Origin: Elusimicrobia bacterium GWC2_61_19
GTDB taxonomy: Bacteria > Elusimicrobiota > Elusimicrobia > Elusimicrobiales > UBA9959
DNA: 54,283 bases
Reading direction: 5' to 3'
NCBI GenBank assembly: GCA_001799795.1
Contig: MGUD01000019.1
Location: forward strand, 1-54,283
Shown one piece after another: positions 9,457-18,179 of this stretch; positions within the stretch are counted from its first letter, which is position 1; the number at the start of each line of letters is the position of its first letter. The notes beneath the pieces are model-generated. The model made no database searches and was not told where the DNA came from. It saw only the letters and a list, made by a program, of their open reading frames with translations. The translations under genes and the position numbers were made by a program.

Positions 9457-10587
9457 ATGCTTCAGGATAATATTCGGTCGGGGTTAACTTTCGACGACGT
9501 GCTGCTGCTGCCGGCCAAGTCTTCGGTGCTGCCGGGGGAGACCGGGGTGCGGGCCAGGCTGACCGCCAAAATAACTCTTAACATCCCCCTCATTTCCGCA
9601 GCCATGGACACCGTCACCGGCAGCACGCTGGCCATAGCCATGGCGCGCGAGGGGGGCATAGGCATAATACACCGCGCCATGCCCGCGCACCTGCAGGCGC
9701 TGGAAGTCGCCAGAGTGAAAAAAGCCGACGCAAAAAAATATCCCAATGCCTGCAAAGACAAGGCCGGCCGCCTGCGGGTGGGAGCGGCGATAGGCGCCGG
9801 CAGCGACGCCGTGGAGCGCGCCGCCGAACTTGTGGCCGCCGGTGCCGACGTGATAGCGCTGGACACGGCGCACGGGCATTCTGCGGCCGTCCTGAAAACT
9901 CTTAAGGCCGTAAAGCGCCGTTTTAAAGTGGAAGTGATCGCCGGTAATGTGGCCACTTACCAGGGCGCGCTGGACCTGGTAAAGGCCGGCGCCGACGCCA
10001 TAAAGGTCGGCATAGGCCCGGGCTCCATCTGCACCACCCGCATAATTTCGGGCGTAGGCGTGCCGCAGCTGACCGCCATAAAGGACTGCGCCCGGGCCGC
10101 CGCCCGGCGCCGCATTCCCGTGATAGCCGACGGCGGTATAAAGTTTTCCGGTGACATCACCAAAGCCGTCGCCGCCGGCGCAAGCTGCGTCATGCTGGGC
10201 ACGCTGCTGGCCGGCACAGACGAAGCCCCCGGGGATGTTATCGTCCTCCAGGGACGCAAATATAAATCTTACCGCGGCATGGGCTCGGTGGGCGCCATGG
10301 AGGCCGGGTCCAAGGACCGCTACGGCCAGCAGGGCGTGGAAAAGCGGAAGCTGGTGCCCGAGGGCGTAGAGGGGCGGGTGCCGTACAAGGGCGCTGTCGC
10401 CGGCATCCTGCACCAGCTCACCGGCGGGTTGCGCGCCGGGCTGGGCTACTGCGGCTGTAAAGACCTGGCGCAGCTCGCCAAAAAAGCGCGCTTCATCCGC
10501 ATCTCCAACGCCGGCCTGCGCGAAAGCCACGTCCATGACGTCAGGATCTCCAAAGAAACCTCTAATTACGCCTGCGATAAACAATAA
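9457..10587 (+). CDS. guaB: IMP dehydrogenase lacking the CBS subdomain
   Basis: [42 protein letters not shown]; only 376 aa. Confidence 0.97.
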   Translation: MLQDNIRSGLTFDDVLLLPAKSSVLPGETGVRARLTAKITLNIPLISAAMDTVTGSTLAIAMAREGGIGIIHRAMPAHLQALEVARVKKADAKKYPNACKDKAGRLRVGAAIGAGSDAVERAAELVAAGADVIALDTAHGHSAAVLKTLKAVKRRFKVEVIAGNVATYQGALDLVKAGADAIKVGIGPGSICTTRIISGVGVPQLTAIKDCARAAARRRIPVIADGGIKFSGDITKAVAAGASCVMLGTLLAGTDEAPGDVIVLQGRKYKSYRGMGSVGAMEAGSKDRYGQQGVEKRKLVPEGVEGRVPYKGAVAGILHQLTGGLRAGLGYCGCKDLAQLAKKARFIRISNAGLRESHVHDVRISKETSNYACDKQ

Positions 10588-10598
10588 AGCCGCGGCAT

Positions 10599-10728
10599 AA
10601 AAAAGCGGGGCGGGCCTTATGGCCCGCCCTCTGTTGGTCTCAACCGCACCACGACCGCGCCGCAACTGCGCTGCCACCGCACTGCATTACCCCTCGCCGA
10701 CCGCTACCCGGAGGAGACCCTCTCCGCT
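10599..10728 (-). ncRNA. Candidate sRNA 1 (~130 nt)
   Basis: Own promoter (box 10761-10778, N21, TATAGT at 10734-10739) and own terminator (GGGCGGGCC/GGCCCGCCC with U-tract on the minus strand only); no substantial ORF. Confidence 0.5.
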
Positions 10729-10802
10729 AATATACTATAGCTCCCAAAACGCAAAATATCAAGGGCCCTTTGGGTAGTCTTTTTACGGGCGGCCTTCCGG
10801 AT

Positions 10803-10888
10803 AAAAAAAGGAGGGCAGGTCGCGTTCGGCCCGCCCTTACCGGGTCCCGCTCTGCAAGTTGTTTATACTTGGGCGGGGCTCATGGTTC
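10803..10888 (-). ncRNA. Candidate sRNA 2 (~85 nt)
   Basis: Perfect box TAGGGCCGAAGGGCCCTT (10922-10939), N21, TACAGT (10895-10900); terminator stem 10812-10837 plus U7. Confidence 0.4.
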
Positions 10889-10936
10889 AGTAATACTGTA
10901 GCCCCTGAAAGGGAATATTTCAAGGGCCCTTCGGCC

Positions 10937-11389
10937 CTATTTCTCTTCGTCGAAGCGGTTCATCAGGATGGAGTTGTAATAGGTGTCCTTGCCAACCTGC
11001 TTTACGGTGTTGAAAAAGCCGCAGACCGTGGCGTGCGCTCCCTTTCCGAAGGTCGGCAGGCGCAGGGAGATGACGTTTATAAAGTCGTAGCTGCCGTCGG
11101 GCGACGTTTCCTTCAGACTGAAAACGGTGTATGGGCGCACCAGCCTGTTGTCCTCTATCCGCAGGTCCAGCACTTCGCCGGTCACGCAGACCGACCGCGC
11201 TTCGTATTTGCCGGGGACCCTGTTCAGTTCCATCACGGAAACCGGCATGTTATGGCGTTTGGAGGAGGGCAGCCTGCAAAGCCCCAGCAGGAAGCCCAGC
11301 AGGCACAGCCCGGCCAGCACGCCCGCGCACTGGCCCCAGAAGTGCCCGAAGAACCAGGCTAAAAGGTCTCGTTTGGTTTCGCTTATCAT
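10937..11389 (-). CDS. Membrane-anchored OB-fold-like hypothetical protein (paralog A)
   Basis: N-terminal TM helix; VCVTGEV, FSLKET, CGFF motifs shared with the neighbouring gene. Confidence 0.7.
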   Translation of the reverse strand: MISETKRDLLAWFFGHFWGQCAGVLAGLCLLGFLLGLCRLPSSKRHNMPVSVMELNRVPGKYEARSVCVTGEVLDLRIEDNRLVRPYTVFSLKETSPDGSYDFINVISLRLPTFGKGAHATVCGFFNTVKQVGKDTYYNSILMNRFDEEK

Positions 11390-11395
11390 GGCGGT

Positions 11396-11947
11396 TTAAA
11401 AAGCCCTGCTCCTGCGCGGCCCGCGCAGCGGCCCCTGCAGTTTCCCGCTCTCCTGGCTCTGGAAGCGGTTCAGGAAGAGCACGTTGTGGTAGGTATCTTT
11501 GCCCACCTGTTTCAGCTCGCTGAAAACACCGCAGGCCAGCACCAGGCCGGAGGGCGCTGCCTCCCGCTCTTTGAACGAGATGATGTTCACGAAGTCGTAG
11601 TCCCCGGCGGTTCTGGTTTCCTTAAGGCTGAAGATGGCGTAGGGCAGGTCCGACGGCTCGGCGCCGGCGTCCTTCAGGTTAAGTATGGTGCCCCTGACGC
11701 AGATGTTGCGGGTATTATACCTGGCCGGGGCGGCGTTCAGATCGAAAACCGACACCAGGGCGTTATTGGACACGTGCGTCTTGCTGAAGCAGCCGAAGGC
11801 GTAGCCGGCCGCCAGCGCGCCGGCCGCGGCAAGCAGCAGCTGGGCCCGGAATTCCTTCAGGACCCAGAGAACAAGCTTCTTCGTATTGTAGTCGAACATG
11901 CCGCCGCCCGCATATGTACGGGCACCCATACCCCTTTCCTGCAACAT
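11396..11947 (-). CDS. Membrane-anchored OB-fold-like hypothetical protein (paralog B)
   Basis: TM helix; ICVRGTI, FSLKET, YDFVNIIS, KQVGKDTY; true start may be the MFDY Met near 11899. Confidence 0.7.
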   Translation of the reverse strand: MLQERGMGARTYAGGGMFDYNTKKLVLWVLKEFRAQLLLAAAGALAAGYAFGCFSKTHVSNNALVSVFDLNAAPARYNTRNICVRGTILNLKDAGAEPSDLPYAIFSLKETRTAGDYDFVNIISFKEREAAPSGLVLACGVFSELKQVGKDTYHNVLFLNRFQSQESGKLQGPLRGPRRSRAF

Positions 11948-12028
11948 TCTGTCAGCCGGCCCCTCGGCCGTCTGACAAATATACTAAATTTAAATAAGTT
12001 CTGAACCGCATCTTGCCCAAAGTTACTC

Positions 12029-12808
12029 TTAATCGCCTTTAAAGCGCGGCTTGCGTTTTTCCATGAAGGCCTTTATGCCTTCCTCGTAGTCGCCGCTGTT
12101 ATAGACTTTGCGGCGCAGCGCCTGTATGCGCTCGAAGGCCTCCGGGCTTATGGGGTGGGCTTCGGAAAGTATCCTGAACTGCTCTTTAACCACGGACACG
12201 GCCAGGGGCGAGTTGCCGGCAATGGTGCGGGCCAGGCCAAAAGTGAACTCCTCTATTTCCCTGGAGCTTATCAGGTGGTTGAGTATGCCGAAATGGTACG
12301 CCCTTTCCGCCTTTACCGGTTCGGCCGTAAAGAACATCTCCTTGGCGATGTTGCTGCCCACGCGGTTGATGAAGTGCATGATGCCGGAGGCGTTGTACGG
12401 CAGGCCCATTTTTACCGGCGTGATGGCGAAGGTGGACGTCTCGTCGCCGACAGCCAGGTCGCAGGTGACGGCCAGGTCGGTGGCGCCGCCCCAGACGCTG
12501 CCCTGGATCATGGCGATGACCGGGCCCGGATAGGACTGGATGGCGCGGAAAGCCACTTCCATCGGGCTGTCGTAGGCCAGCGGGTCGTGGTGCACTTTGG
12601 GCAGTTGGGTTATGTCGTGCCCGGCCGACCACACCCTGGCGTTCTTTTCGGCGCGTAGGATTATAACGGGTATTTTTTTGGCCTTGAAATCTTCCAGCGC
12701 GCTTGAGATCTCGCCGCAGAGCTCCAGGCTGAGGGCGTTGCGCCTGGCCGGGTTGTTTAGCGTCAGTACGCCGATACCGTCTTTTACTTCTTTCAGTACA
12801 AGGTCCAT
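12029..12808 (-). CDS. scpB: Methylmalonyl-CoA decarboxylase (crotonase superfamily)
   Basis: VWSAGHDI, DPLAYD, GSVWGGA, MFFTA, DYEEGIKAFMEKRKP match ScpB/YgfG. Confidence 0.88.
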   Translation of the reverse strand: MDLVLKEVKDGIGVLTLNNPARRNALSLELCGEISSALEDFKAKKIPVIILRAEKNARVWSAGHDITQLPKVHHDPLAYDSPMEVAFRAIQSYPGPVIAMIQGSVWGGATDLAVTCDLAVGDETSTFAITPVKMGLPYNASGIMHFINRVGSNIAKEMFFTAEPVKAERAYHFGILNHLISSREIEEFTFGLARTIAGNSPLAVSVVKEQFRILSEAHPISPEAFERIQALRRKVYNSGDYEEGIKAFMEKRKPRFKGD

Positions 12809-12877
12809 GTGCCCTCCTGCCGCGAATTGAGTAATTGTATAATTTAGCGGGCTGGTTTGCGCGTCATGGAGCTACTT

Positions 12878-14128
12878 ATGAAATTTATCGTTCTGTCTCT
12901 CGTTCTCTTGCTTTCACGGGCGCCGGCCTTTGCCGCGGCCGCCGGCGGCCTGGAGAAGGCCGCCGCCGAGGTCGCCGCCGGCATCGCCGGAAAACCGGCC
13001 GGCCTGGAGGAGACCTATGACAAAAGCCTATTTCGCCATATCTCCGCGGAAAAACTGGCGGAAGTGCTCTCCGGGATCTACAAGGCCGACGGCCGGGTCA
13101 CGGCGGAGCTGCTGGTAAGTTCGGACACGGCTTTCTCCGGGCATTTCCTGTTCGAGACCGAAAAAGGTTACAGGCTGCCCGCCGCGATTTCCGTAAACCC
13201 GGCGACGGGCCGCGTGGACGGTATCTTTTTCGGTGTCGCCTACAAAAAGGACGTGCCCATCGCCGAGACCCGCCGGGCCCTGGCGGCGCTGCCCGGCAAA
13301 ACCGGGCTGCTGGTCCTGCGCTACGGCGAGAAACCGGAAACGCTGGAGGCCTTGAACGAGAACGCCTATTTCGCCGTCGGTTCCGCCTTTAAGCTTTACG
13401 TGCTCGGCGCGCTGCTGGAAAACAAAGTGCCCTGGACAAAGGTCTTCCGGCTGAAAGAAGAGGAAAAATCCCTGCCTTCCGGCCGCCTGCAGGAGTGGCC
13501 CGACGGCTCCCCTTTGACGGCGCACACGCTGGCCGCCATGATGATCTCCGCCAGCGACAATACGGCCTCGGACACGCTGATCGCCGGAGTGGGGCGCCGC
13601 AATATAGAAGCCGCGCTGCCGGCGCTGGGGCACTCCAGCCCCGCCCTGCTGCGGCCCTTCCTGAAAACCTCGGAGGTGTTCCGCCTTAAGGCCGACAGCG
13701 GGACCGCCTTGAAATATATGAACCTGCCGGCCGATGAGAAATACGGCTTTCTGGAGGACCTGCGCGCGGCGCCTCTTTCGGCCGCGGCCGTCAGGGCCAG
13801 CCCTTTCGGGATAGATAAAATAGAATGGCCGGCCTCCCCGGCCGACCTGTGCCGCGTGATGAAATATTTCGCCGACAAGGACGACAAGGCCGCCCTGGAT
13901 ATACTGGCCATGAACCCCGGCCTGCAGCTGCCCGAAGGCGGCTTCCTCTACGCCGGCTATAAAGGCGGCAGCGAGCCGGGCGTGCTGGCCATGACCTGGC
14001 TGCTCAAGAATAAAAAAGGCGAGTGGTATTGCCTGGCCGGCGCCTGGAACGACGAGAAGAACAACCTGGAAAAGGATAAGTTCTTCGAAATAATGCAGGC
14101 CGCCGTGAACGCTCTGAGCGGGCAGTAG
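12878..14128 (+). CDS. Secreted serine hydrolase, class A beta-lactamase-like (LpqF-type) with N-terminal extension
   Basis: Signal peptide; SxxK (GSAFKLY), SDN and KGG (YKGGSEPG) motifs. Confidence 0.85.
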   Translation: MKFIVLSLVLLLSRAPAFAAAAGGLEKAAAEVAAGIAGKPAGLEETYDKSLFRHISAEKLAEVLSGIYKADGRVTAELLVSSDTAFSGHFLFETEKGYRLPAAISVNPATGRVDGIFFGVAYKKDVPIAETRRALAALPGKTGLLVLRYGEKPETLEALNENAYFAVGSAFKLYVLGALLENKVPWTKVFRLKEEEKSLPSGRLQEWPDGSPLTAHTLAAMMISASDNTASDTLIAGVGRRNIEAALPALGHSSPALLRPFLKTSEVFRLKADSGTALKYMNLPADEKYGFLEDLRAAPLSAAAVRASPFGIDKIEWPASPADLCRVMKYFADKDDKAALDILAMNPGLQLPEGGFLYAGYKGGSEPGVLAMTWLLKNKKGEWYCLAGAWNDEKNNLEKDKFFEIMQAAVNALSGQ

Positions 14129-14196
14129 TCCGGCGGCAGCGGAGGGAGAAGTTTTCAGGTAACTAGTGATAACTGCGCTTATGTTCCCTGCAATTG

Positions 14197-14610
14197 TTAA
14201 TCCTCTATCATTGACCGCGCCCACTCGCGGTAGCGGAGAAGATGTTTCCATAGCATATCGACATCTTTGCGCGTATAAATCTCGCCTTCGTATGAGACGC
14301 GGTTCTTCTCGTTTATTATCCGCTCCAAATGCCGCGCCCCGGCAAGGCCTTTTTCATCAAGGGCTACCACCTGCCGCAGAAGTTCTGCCGCGGCCATGTG
14401 GTCTTCGCCTTTGCTTTTGACGCCACCGAATTTTATGGTTACCGCATCGGTATACGCTATGGCGGCGTGCACTATAAGCACTCCGGCGGCATTGTGGTAT
14501 TCAAATTCCCTGGCCACCTCGGCGCCCTTGTAAAAATTGTCCCCGACCATGGCGTAGTCGGATCTCTTCGATTTAGGCACGGAGATCTTTTTTGTAAGTC
14601 TTGGCGTCAT
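14197..14610 (-). CDS. HEPN-like protein (putative toxin partner)
   Basis: Helical 137 aa; VHAAIAYTDA, DH and KNRVSY motifs; 4-bp overlap with the MNT gene. Confidence 0.65.
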   Translation of the reverse strand: MTPRLTKKISVPKSKRSDYAMVGDNFYKGAEVAREFEYHNAAGVLIVHAAIAYTDAVTIKFGGVKSKGEDHMAAAELLRQVVALDEKGLAGARHLERIINEKNRVSYEGEIYTRKDVDMLWKHLLRYREWARSMIED

Positions 14611-15233
14611 AAGATCACATCCTTTAGTTTTTCGCCAAGGAGGTCTATGCCGTGCGAAAGAATGTTTTTCAGCAAAGGGTCGCCATTGCGGTATTTCGCC
14701 CTTGCCTCCGAGGTTGAATAGGTGATGGGGGAAAGTCTTATCCCGTATTTCTTTGTAAAGCCGCGGCCGAATTCCAGGGCTTTATCCGACAGGGGGGATT
14801 TTGTGGCGCTGTCAGTTACCAGTAGCAGGTCGATATCGCTGCCTGGCCGGTCTTCTTTCCTGGCGGCGCTGCCGAAAAGCGTGGCTGTTCTGGCATCTTT
14901 TCCCAGGCTGTGGCTTATGCTATTGCGCAGTAGCGCCTGAAAGTTTTTTTCGGCCCGGAACAGCGGCAACAGCGCGTCTTTGACCAGAGCATGGTCGAAA
15001 TTGAGGCGAACCAACTGTGTATGGCCGGAACCCTGCCTTATTAAAATGCCTATAGCTTCCAGCCTGTCCAGCGCCTGGCGGCATGCCTGGTGGTTTATTC
15101 CCGCCGCGCGCGCGGCGGCCCTGCCGCTCATACCTTCCGCGCTGTCCTTAAGCGCCCGCAGCAGCGCCACATGGCTAGGCGTCGAAAACACCCAGTCCAG
15201 CGGATACGCAATAAACGCTTTCTTCTTTCCCAT
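14607..15233 (-). CDS. HTH + minimal nucleotidyltransferase (MNT) protein
   Basis: N-terminal HTH (MSGRAAARAAGINHQAC); LFGSAAR...SDIDLL polymerase-beta motif. Confidence 0.85.
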   Translation of the reverse strand: MGKKKAFIAYPLDWVFSTPSHVALLRALKDSAEGMSGRAAARAAGINHQACRQALDRLEAIGILIRQGSGHTQLVRLNFDHALVKDALLPLFRAEKNFQALLRNSISHSLGKDARTATLFGSAARKEDRPGSDIDLLLVTDSATKSPLSDKALEFGRGFTKKYGIRLSPITYSTSEARAKYRNGDPLLKNILSHGIDLLGEKLKDVIL

Positions 15234-15239
15234 ATGTCT

Positions 15240-15268
15240 ATTATAACAGCCAGTTGACTGCTTTTCAA
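15240..15268 (-). promoter_or_regulatory. sigma70 promoter giving a leaderless MNT-HEPN mRNA
   Basis: TTGAAA-N17-TATAAT-N6-ATG; CAGTCAACTG inverted repeat within the spacer. Confidence 0.7.
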
Positions 15269-15368
15269 GCCTTATTTGGGCTTAGGTACGCAGGCCGGTC
15301 CCCTCCGCTTCATCCGACGCGCATTGCGTTTCTTTCGTCAGCGGTCCCGCGGCTGCCGGCGACGTAAA

Positions 15369-15400
15369 ATAAAAAACCCCGGCTCACCGGGGTTTTTTTA
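15369..15400. terminator. Intrinsic terminator
   Basis: AAAAAACCCCGG-CTCA-CCGGGGTTTTTT. Confidence 0.85.
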
Positions 15401-15413
15401 TCGGTCCTTTCTC

Positions 15414-16532
15414 TTACAGGGCCGGCGCCGGGGCCGCCGGCGTGGGCAGCGGCAGGTACTGCCGGTAATTTCCGTTGTCTATGGTGAAGGCTTTGGGCCC
15501 CAGCACGCCTTTGCGGCCCAGGTAGCCGGGCACCATGGGCGGCGTGGTGGCGTAAAAATTGTAGATCAGGTTGGGGATGGTCCACATCTTCACCCGGCGG
15601 TCCGCGCTCAGACCGTGGTTGATCATCATTACCAGGTTGTTGGTGCAGTTGTTGCGGGTGGAGTGGTACCACTCGCCGTCGCGGTTTACCGTGGCCTGCT
15701 CTACCGTGTCGCGGACCATTTTTTGCAGGCCGGTCTTGTCGGCGAGCAGCGGGTAGAAATTCATCCAGTCTTTGCCGAAAGCCGCGCTGTCCATAGCGTA
15801 GTCCTCGAAATTCGTCAGCAGCCAGATTATGTTGTAGGTCTTCTTGAAGCCGGCTAGCAGCGAGTAGGCCTGGCCTTCGCGGGCGTAGGCCTCCACCGAC
15901 AGGAAGAAACCCTTTGAACGCCGTCCGTCCGCGGCCGTGAATCCGCCGTCCCCGAATTCGTAGAAGAGCAGCGAATGGCCCGCTATGCCGGGCGGCTGGA
16001 CTTTGGTGACGAAATAGACGTTCTTGATGAGTTCCGGGCGGATGGAGGCCTCTACCCAGGAGAAATCGTGGGCGGCCGCCGTCGGTTCCAGCCAGCGGAG
16101 GTCGGCCACTTCCAGAGCCCCGTCATCCACGCCCAGGAACCGCGCCGGGCGGAACTTGCTTTTATGAGGAGGCGGCTCGGCGGCGGCGGGGTCCGGGGTA
16201 TACTCCTGTATGCTTGAAACTTTTATCGTGTCCACGTCGTCGGAGGCCTCGGCCTTGCCCCAGATCTCAACGGTGCGGTCGTCGAACTGCGCGGCCTGTT
16301 CTTTGGAGAGTTCCAGGATAAAGACCCGCCCGTCCTCGGTATTGAGGACGGTTCTCTCCGGGTGCACGGTCACAAGGCCGCGCAGGAAGTAGACCACGGC
16401 GTGTTTGTCCGCCGGTGCGGCCGCTTCCGGCCTGGGCAGCGGCGAGGTGTAGAGGTCGCTGAAATCATCGGCCTTGGCCGCGCCGGTCAGCGTCAGGGAA
16501 ATTAAAAAAGGCAGCATGAGTTTCGCGTTCAT
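15414..16532 (-). CDS. Secreted DUF4105 / Lnb-like protein (permuted papain-like fold)
   Basis: Signal peptide; AGHSLL, SVEA, YHSTRNNCT motifs. Confidence 0.7.
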   Translation of the reverse strand: MNAKLMLPFLISLTLTGAAKADDFSDLYTSPLPRPEAAAPADKHAVVYFLRGLVTVHPERTVLNTEDGRVFILELSKEQAAQFDDRTVEIWGKAEASDDVDTIKVSSIQEYTPDPAAAEPPPHKSKFRPARFLGVDDGALEVADLRWLEPTAAAHDFSWVEASIRPELIKNVYFVTKVQPPGIAGHSLLFYEFGDGGFTAADGRRSKGFFLSVEAYAREGQAYSLLAGFKKTYNIIWLLTNFEDYAMDSAAFGKDWMNFYPLLADKTGLQKMVRDTVEQATVNRDGEWYHSTRNNCTNNLVMMINHGLSADRRVKMWTIPNLIYNFYATTPPMVPGYLGRKGVLGPKAFTIDNGNYRQYLPLPTPAAPAPAL

Positions 16533-16538
16533 ATTATA

Positions 16539-16583
16539 ATGGTAACTTTTAGGCCGCGCCGGCCATAGAGGCAAAGGGCCCAG
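16539..16583 (-). promoter_or_regulatory. Palindromic box + N21 + -10, leaderless
   Basis: CTGGGCCCTTTGCCTCTA-N21-TACCAT-N6-ATG. Confidence 0.5.
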
Positions 16584-16629
16584 GCCGGCGGGGTTATATT
16601 TCCCAGGCCTGCCTGGGCACTGCGGCCCC

Positions 16630-16704
16630 GCGCCTATTACTGCACGTGCATAGCATTGGCCGTCTGAGACGCATAGCGCCTATTACGGCACCTGCATAGC
16701 ATTG
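16630..16704. repeat. 29-bp direct repeat pair / CATAG-ending unit array
   Basis: GCGCCTATTACTGCACGTGCATAGCATTG (16630-16658) vs GCGCCTATTACGGCACCTGCATAGCATTG (16676-16704), 27/29 identical. Confidence 0.85.
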
Positions 16705-16718
16705 TATAATTAGGCTAT

Positions 16719-18179
16719 ATGCCGCTTAAGAATACGGAAAAGGAAGCCGCCGCCCTGAAACCCCAGCCGGAAGCCCCGCTGCGGGCGCTTTATAAAAAGA
16801 CTTTCGGCCTCGAGCCCGAGGTGTTCGAGCCGCTCAAGGCCGACGGTTCCGCCCGCCGGCTGTTCCGCATGAAGGACGCCGGCCGTTCCGTTATAGGGGC
16901 TTTCGGCCCCGACAAACTGGAGAACAGGGCTTTCCTGGAGTTCTCGCGGCATTTCCGCGCCGAGAAACTTCCCGTCCCGGAAATTTACGCCGCGGACCAG
17001 CCGCAGGGCGTGTACCTGGAAGAGGACCTGGGCAGCACCACGCTTTTTGAATACCTCGGCGCCGAGAGAAAGGGAGCGGAGCTGCCCGCGCAGGTCATGG
17101 CGGCGTATAAGAAGGTCCTTGAGTGGCTGCCGCGTTTTCAGGCGCAGGCGGGCCGCGGTCTCGACTTCTCGTTCTGCTATCCGCGCGCCAGTTTCGACCG
17201 CCAGTCCATAATGTGGGACCTGAATTATTTCAAATATTATTTTCTGAAGCTGGCCAAGATCCCGTTCAACGAGGCTAAACTCGAGGACGACTTCGTCCGC
17301 TTCACCGATTTCCTGCTGGAGGCCCCGGCCGATTATTTCCTTTACCGCGACTTCCAGAGCCGCAATATCATGCTGCGGGACGGCGAACCCTGGTTCATCG
17401 ATTATCAGGGCGGGCGTAAGGGCGCCCCTCATTACGACCTGGCCTCGCTGCTCTACGACGCCAAGGCGGACCTGTCGCCCGAGACGCGTTCCGCCCTGCG
17501 CAAGCATTACCTGGAAGCCTCCGGCCTGAAGGCCGCGGCCTTCATGCGGCATTACCACGCCTTCGTCTACATCCGCATCATGCAGGCCATGGGCGCCTAT
17601 GGCCTGCGCGGTTTTTACGAGGGAAAAACCCATTTCCTCAACAGCGTGCCCTATGCGGTGCGCAACATAGAGTGGCTGCTGCGCAACACCGAGCTGGAAG
17701 TGAAAGTGCCGGAACTGACGGCGGCCTTCAAGCGCATAGCCGCCTCCTCTTATCTTAGGCAGTTCGGCAAGACCAAGCTGGGGCTGACAGTACGTGTTAC
17801 CAGCTTTTCTTTTAAGAACGGACTGCCGCTGGACGAGAAAGGCCACGGCGGCGGCTTTGTGTTCGACTGCCGCGCGTTGCCGAACCCCGGGCGGTACGAG
17901 GCTTACGCTAACCTCACCGGCCTGGATAAACCGGTAATAGATTTTCTGAAGAAAGAGCCGGAGGTGGCCAGGTATCTCGACAGCGTCTTCGCCATAACCG
18001 ATATGAGCGTCGAGAATTATCTCTCGCGCAACTTTACTTCGCTGATGGTGAACTTCGGCTGCACCGGCGGCAGACATCGCTCCGTCTATTGCGCCGAGGC
18101 GCTGGCCGCCCGCGTTAAGGCCAAATACGGCGCCCGCGTGGAGCTGACCCACCGGGAATTCCCAGGGCTGGCCAAGTGA
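16719..18179 (+). CDS. AmgK-like anomeric MurNAc/GlcNAc kinase fused to a RapZ C-terminal domain
   Basis: [34 protein letters not shown]; C-terminal [25 protein letters not shown]. Confidence 0.88.
   Translation: MPLKNTEKEAAALKPQPEAPLRALYKKTFGLEPEVFEPLKADGSARRLFRMKDAGRSVIGAFGPDKLENRAFLEFSRHFRAEKLPVPEIYAADQPQGVYLEEDLGSTTLFEYLGAERKGAELPAQVMAAYKKVLEWLPRFQAQAGRGLDFSFCYPRASFDRQSIMWDLNYFKYYFLKLAKIPFNEAKLEDDFVRFTDFLLEAPADYFLYRDFQSRNIMLRDGEPWFIDYQGGRKGAPHYDLASLLYDAKADLSPETRSALRKHYLEASGLKAAAFMRHYHAFVYIRIMQAMGAYGLRGFYEGKTHFLNSVPYAVRNIEWLLRNTELEVKVPELTAAFKRIAASSYLRQFGKTKLGLTVRVTSFSFKNGLPLDEKGHGGGFVFDCRALPNPGRYEAYANLTGLDKPVIDFLKKEPEVARYLDSVFAITDMSVENYLSRNFTSLMVNFGCTGGRHRSVYCAEALAARVKAKYGARVELTHREFPGLAK

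Noticed and set aside
14138-15309. 9-bp inverted repeat AGCGGAGGG flanking the MNT-HEPN cassette as element ends
   Set aside because: Too short in GC-rich DNA; no transposase or target duplication.
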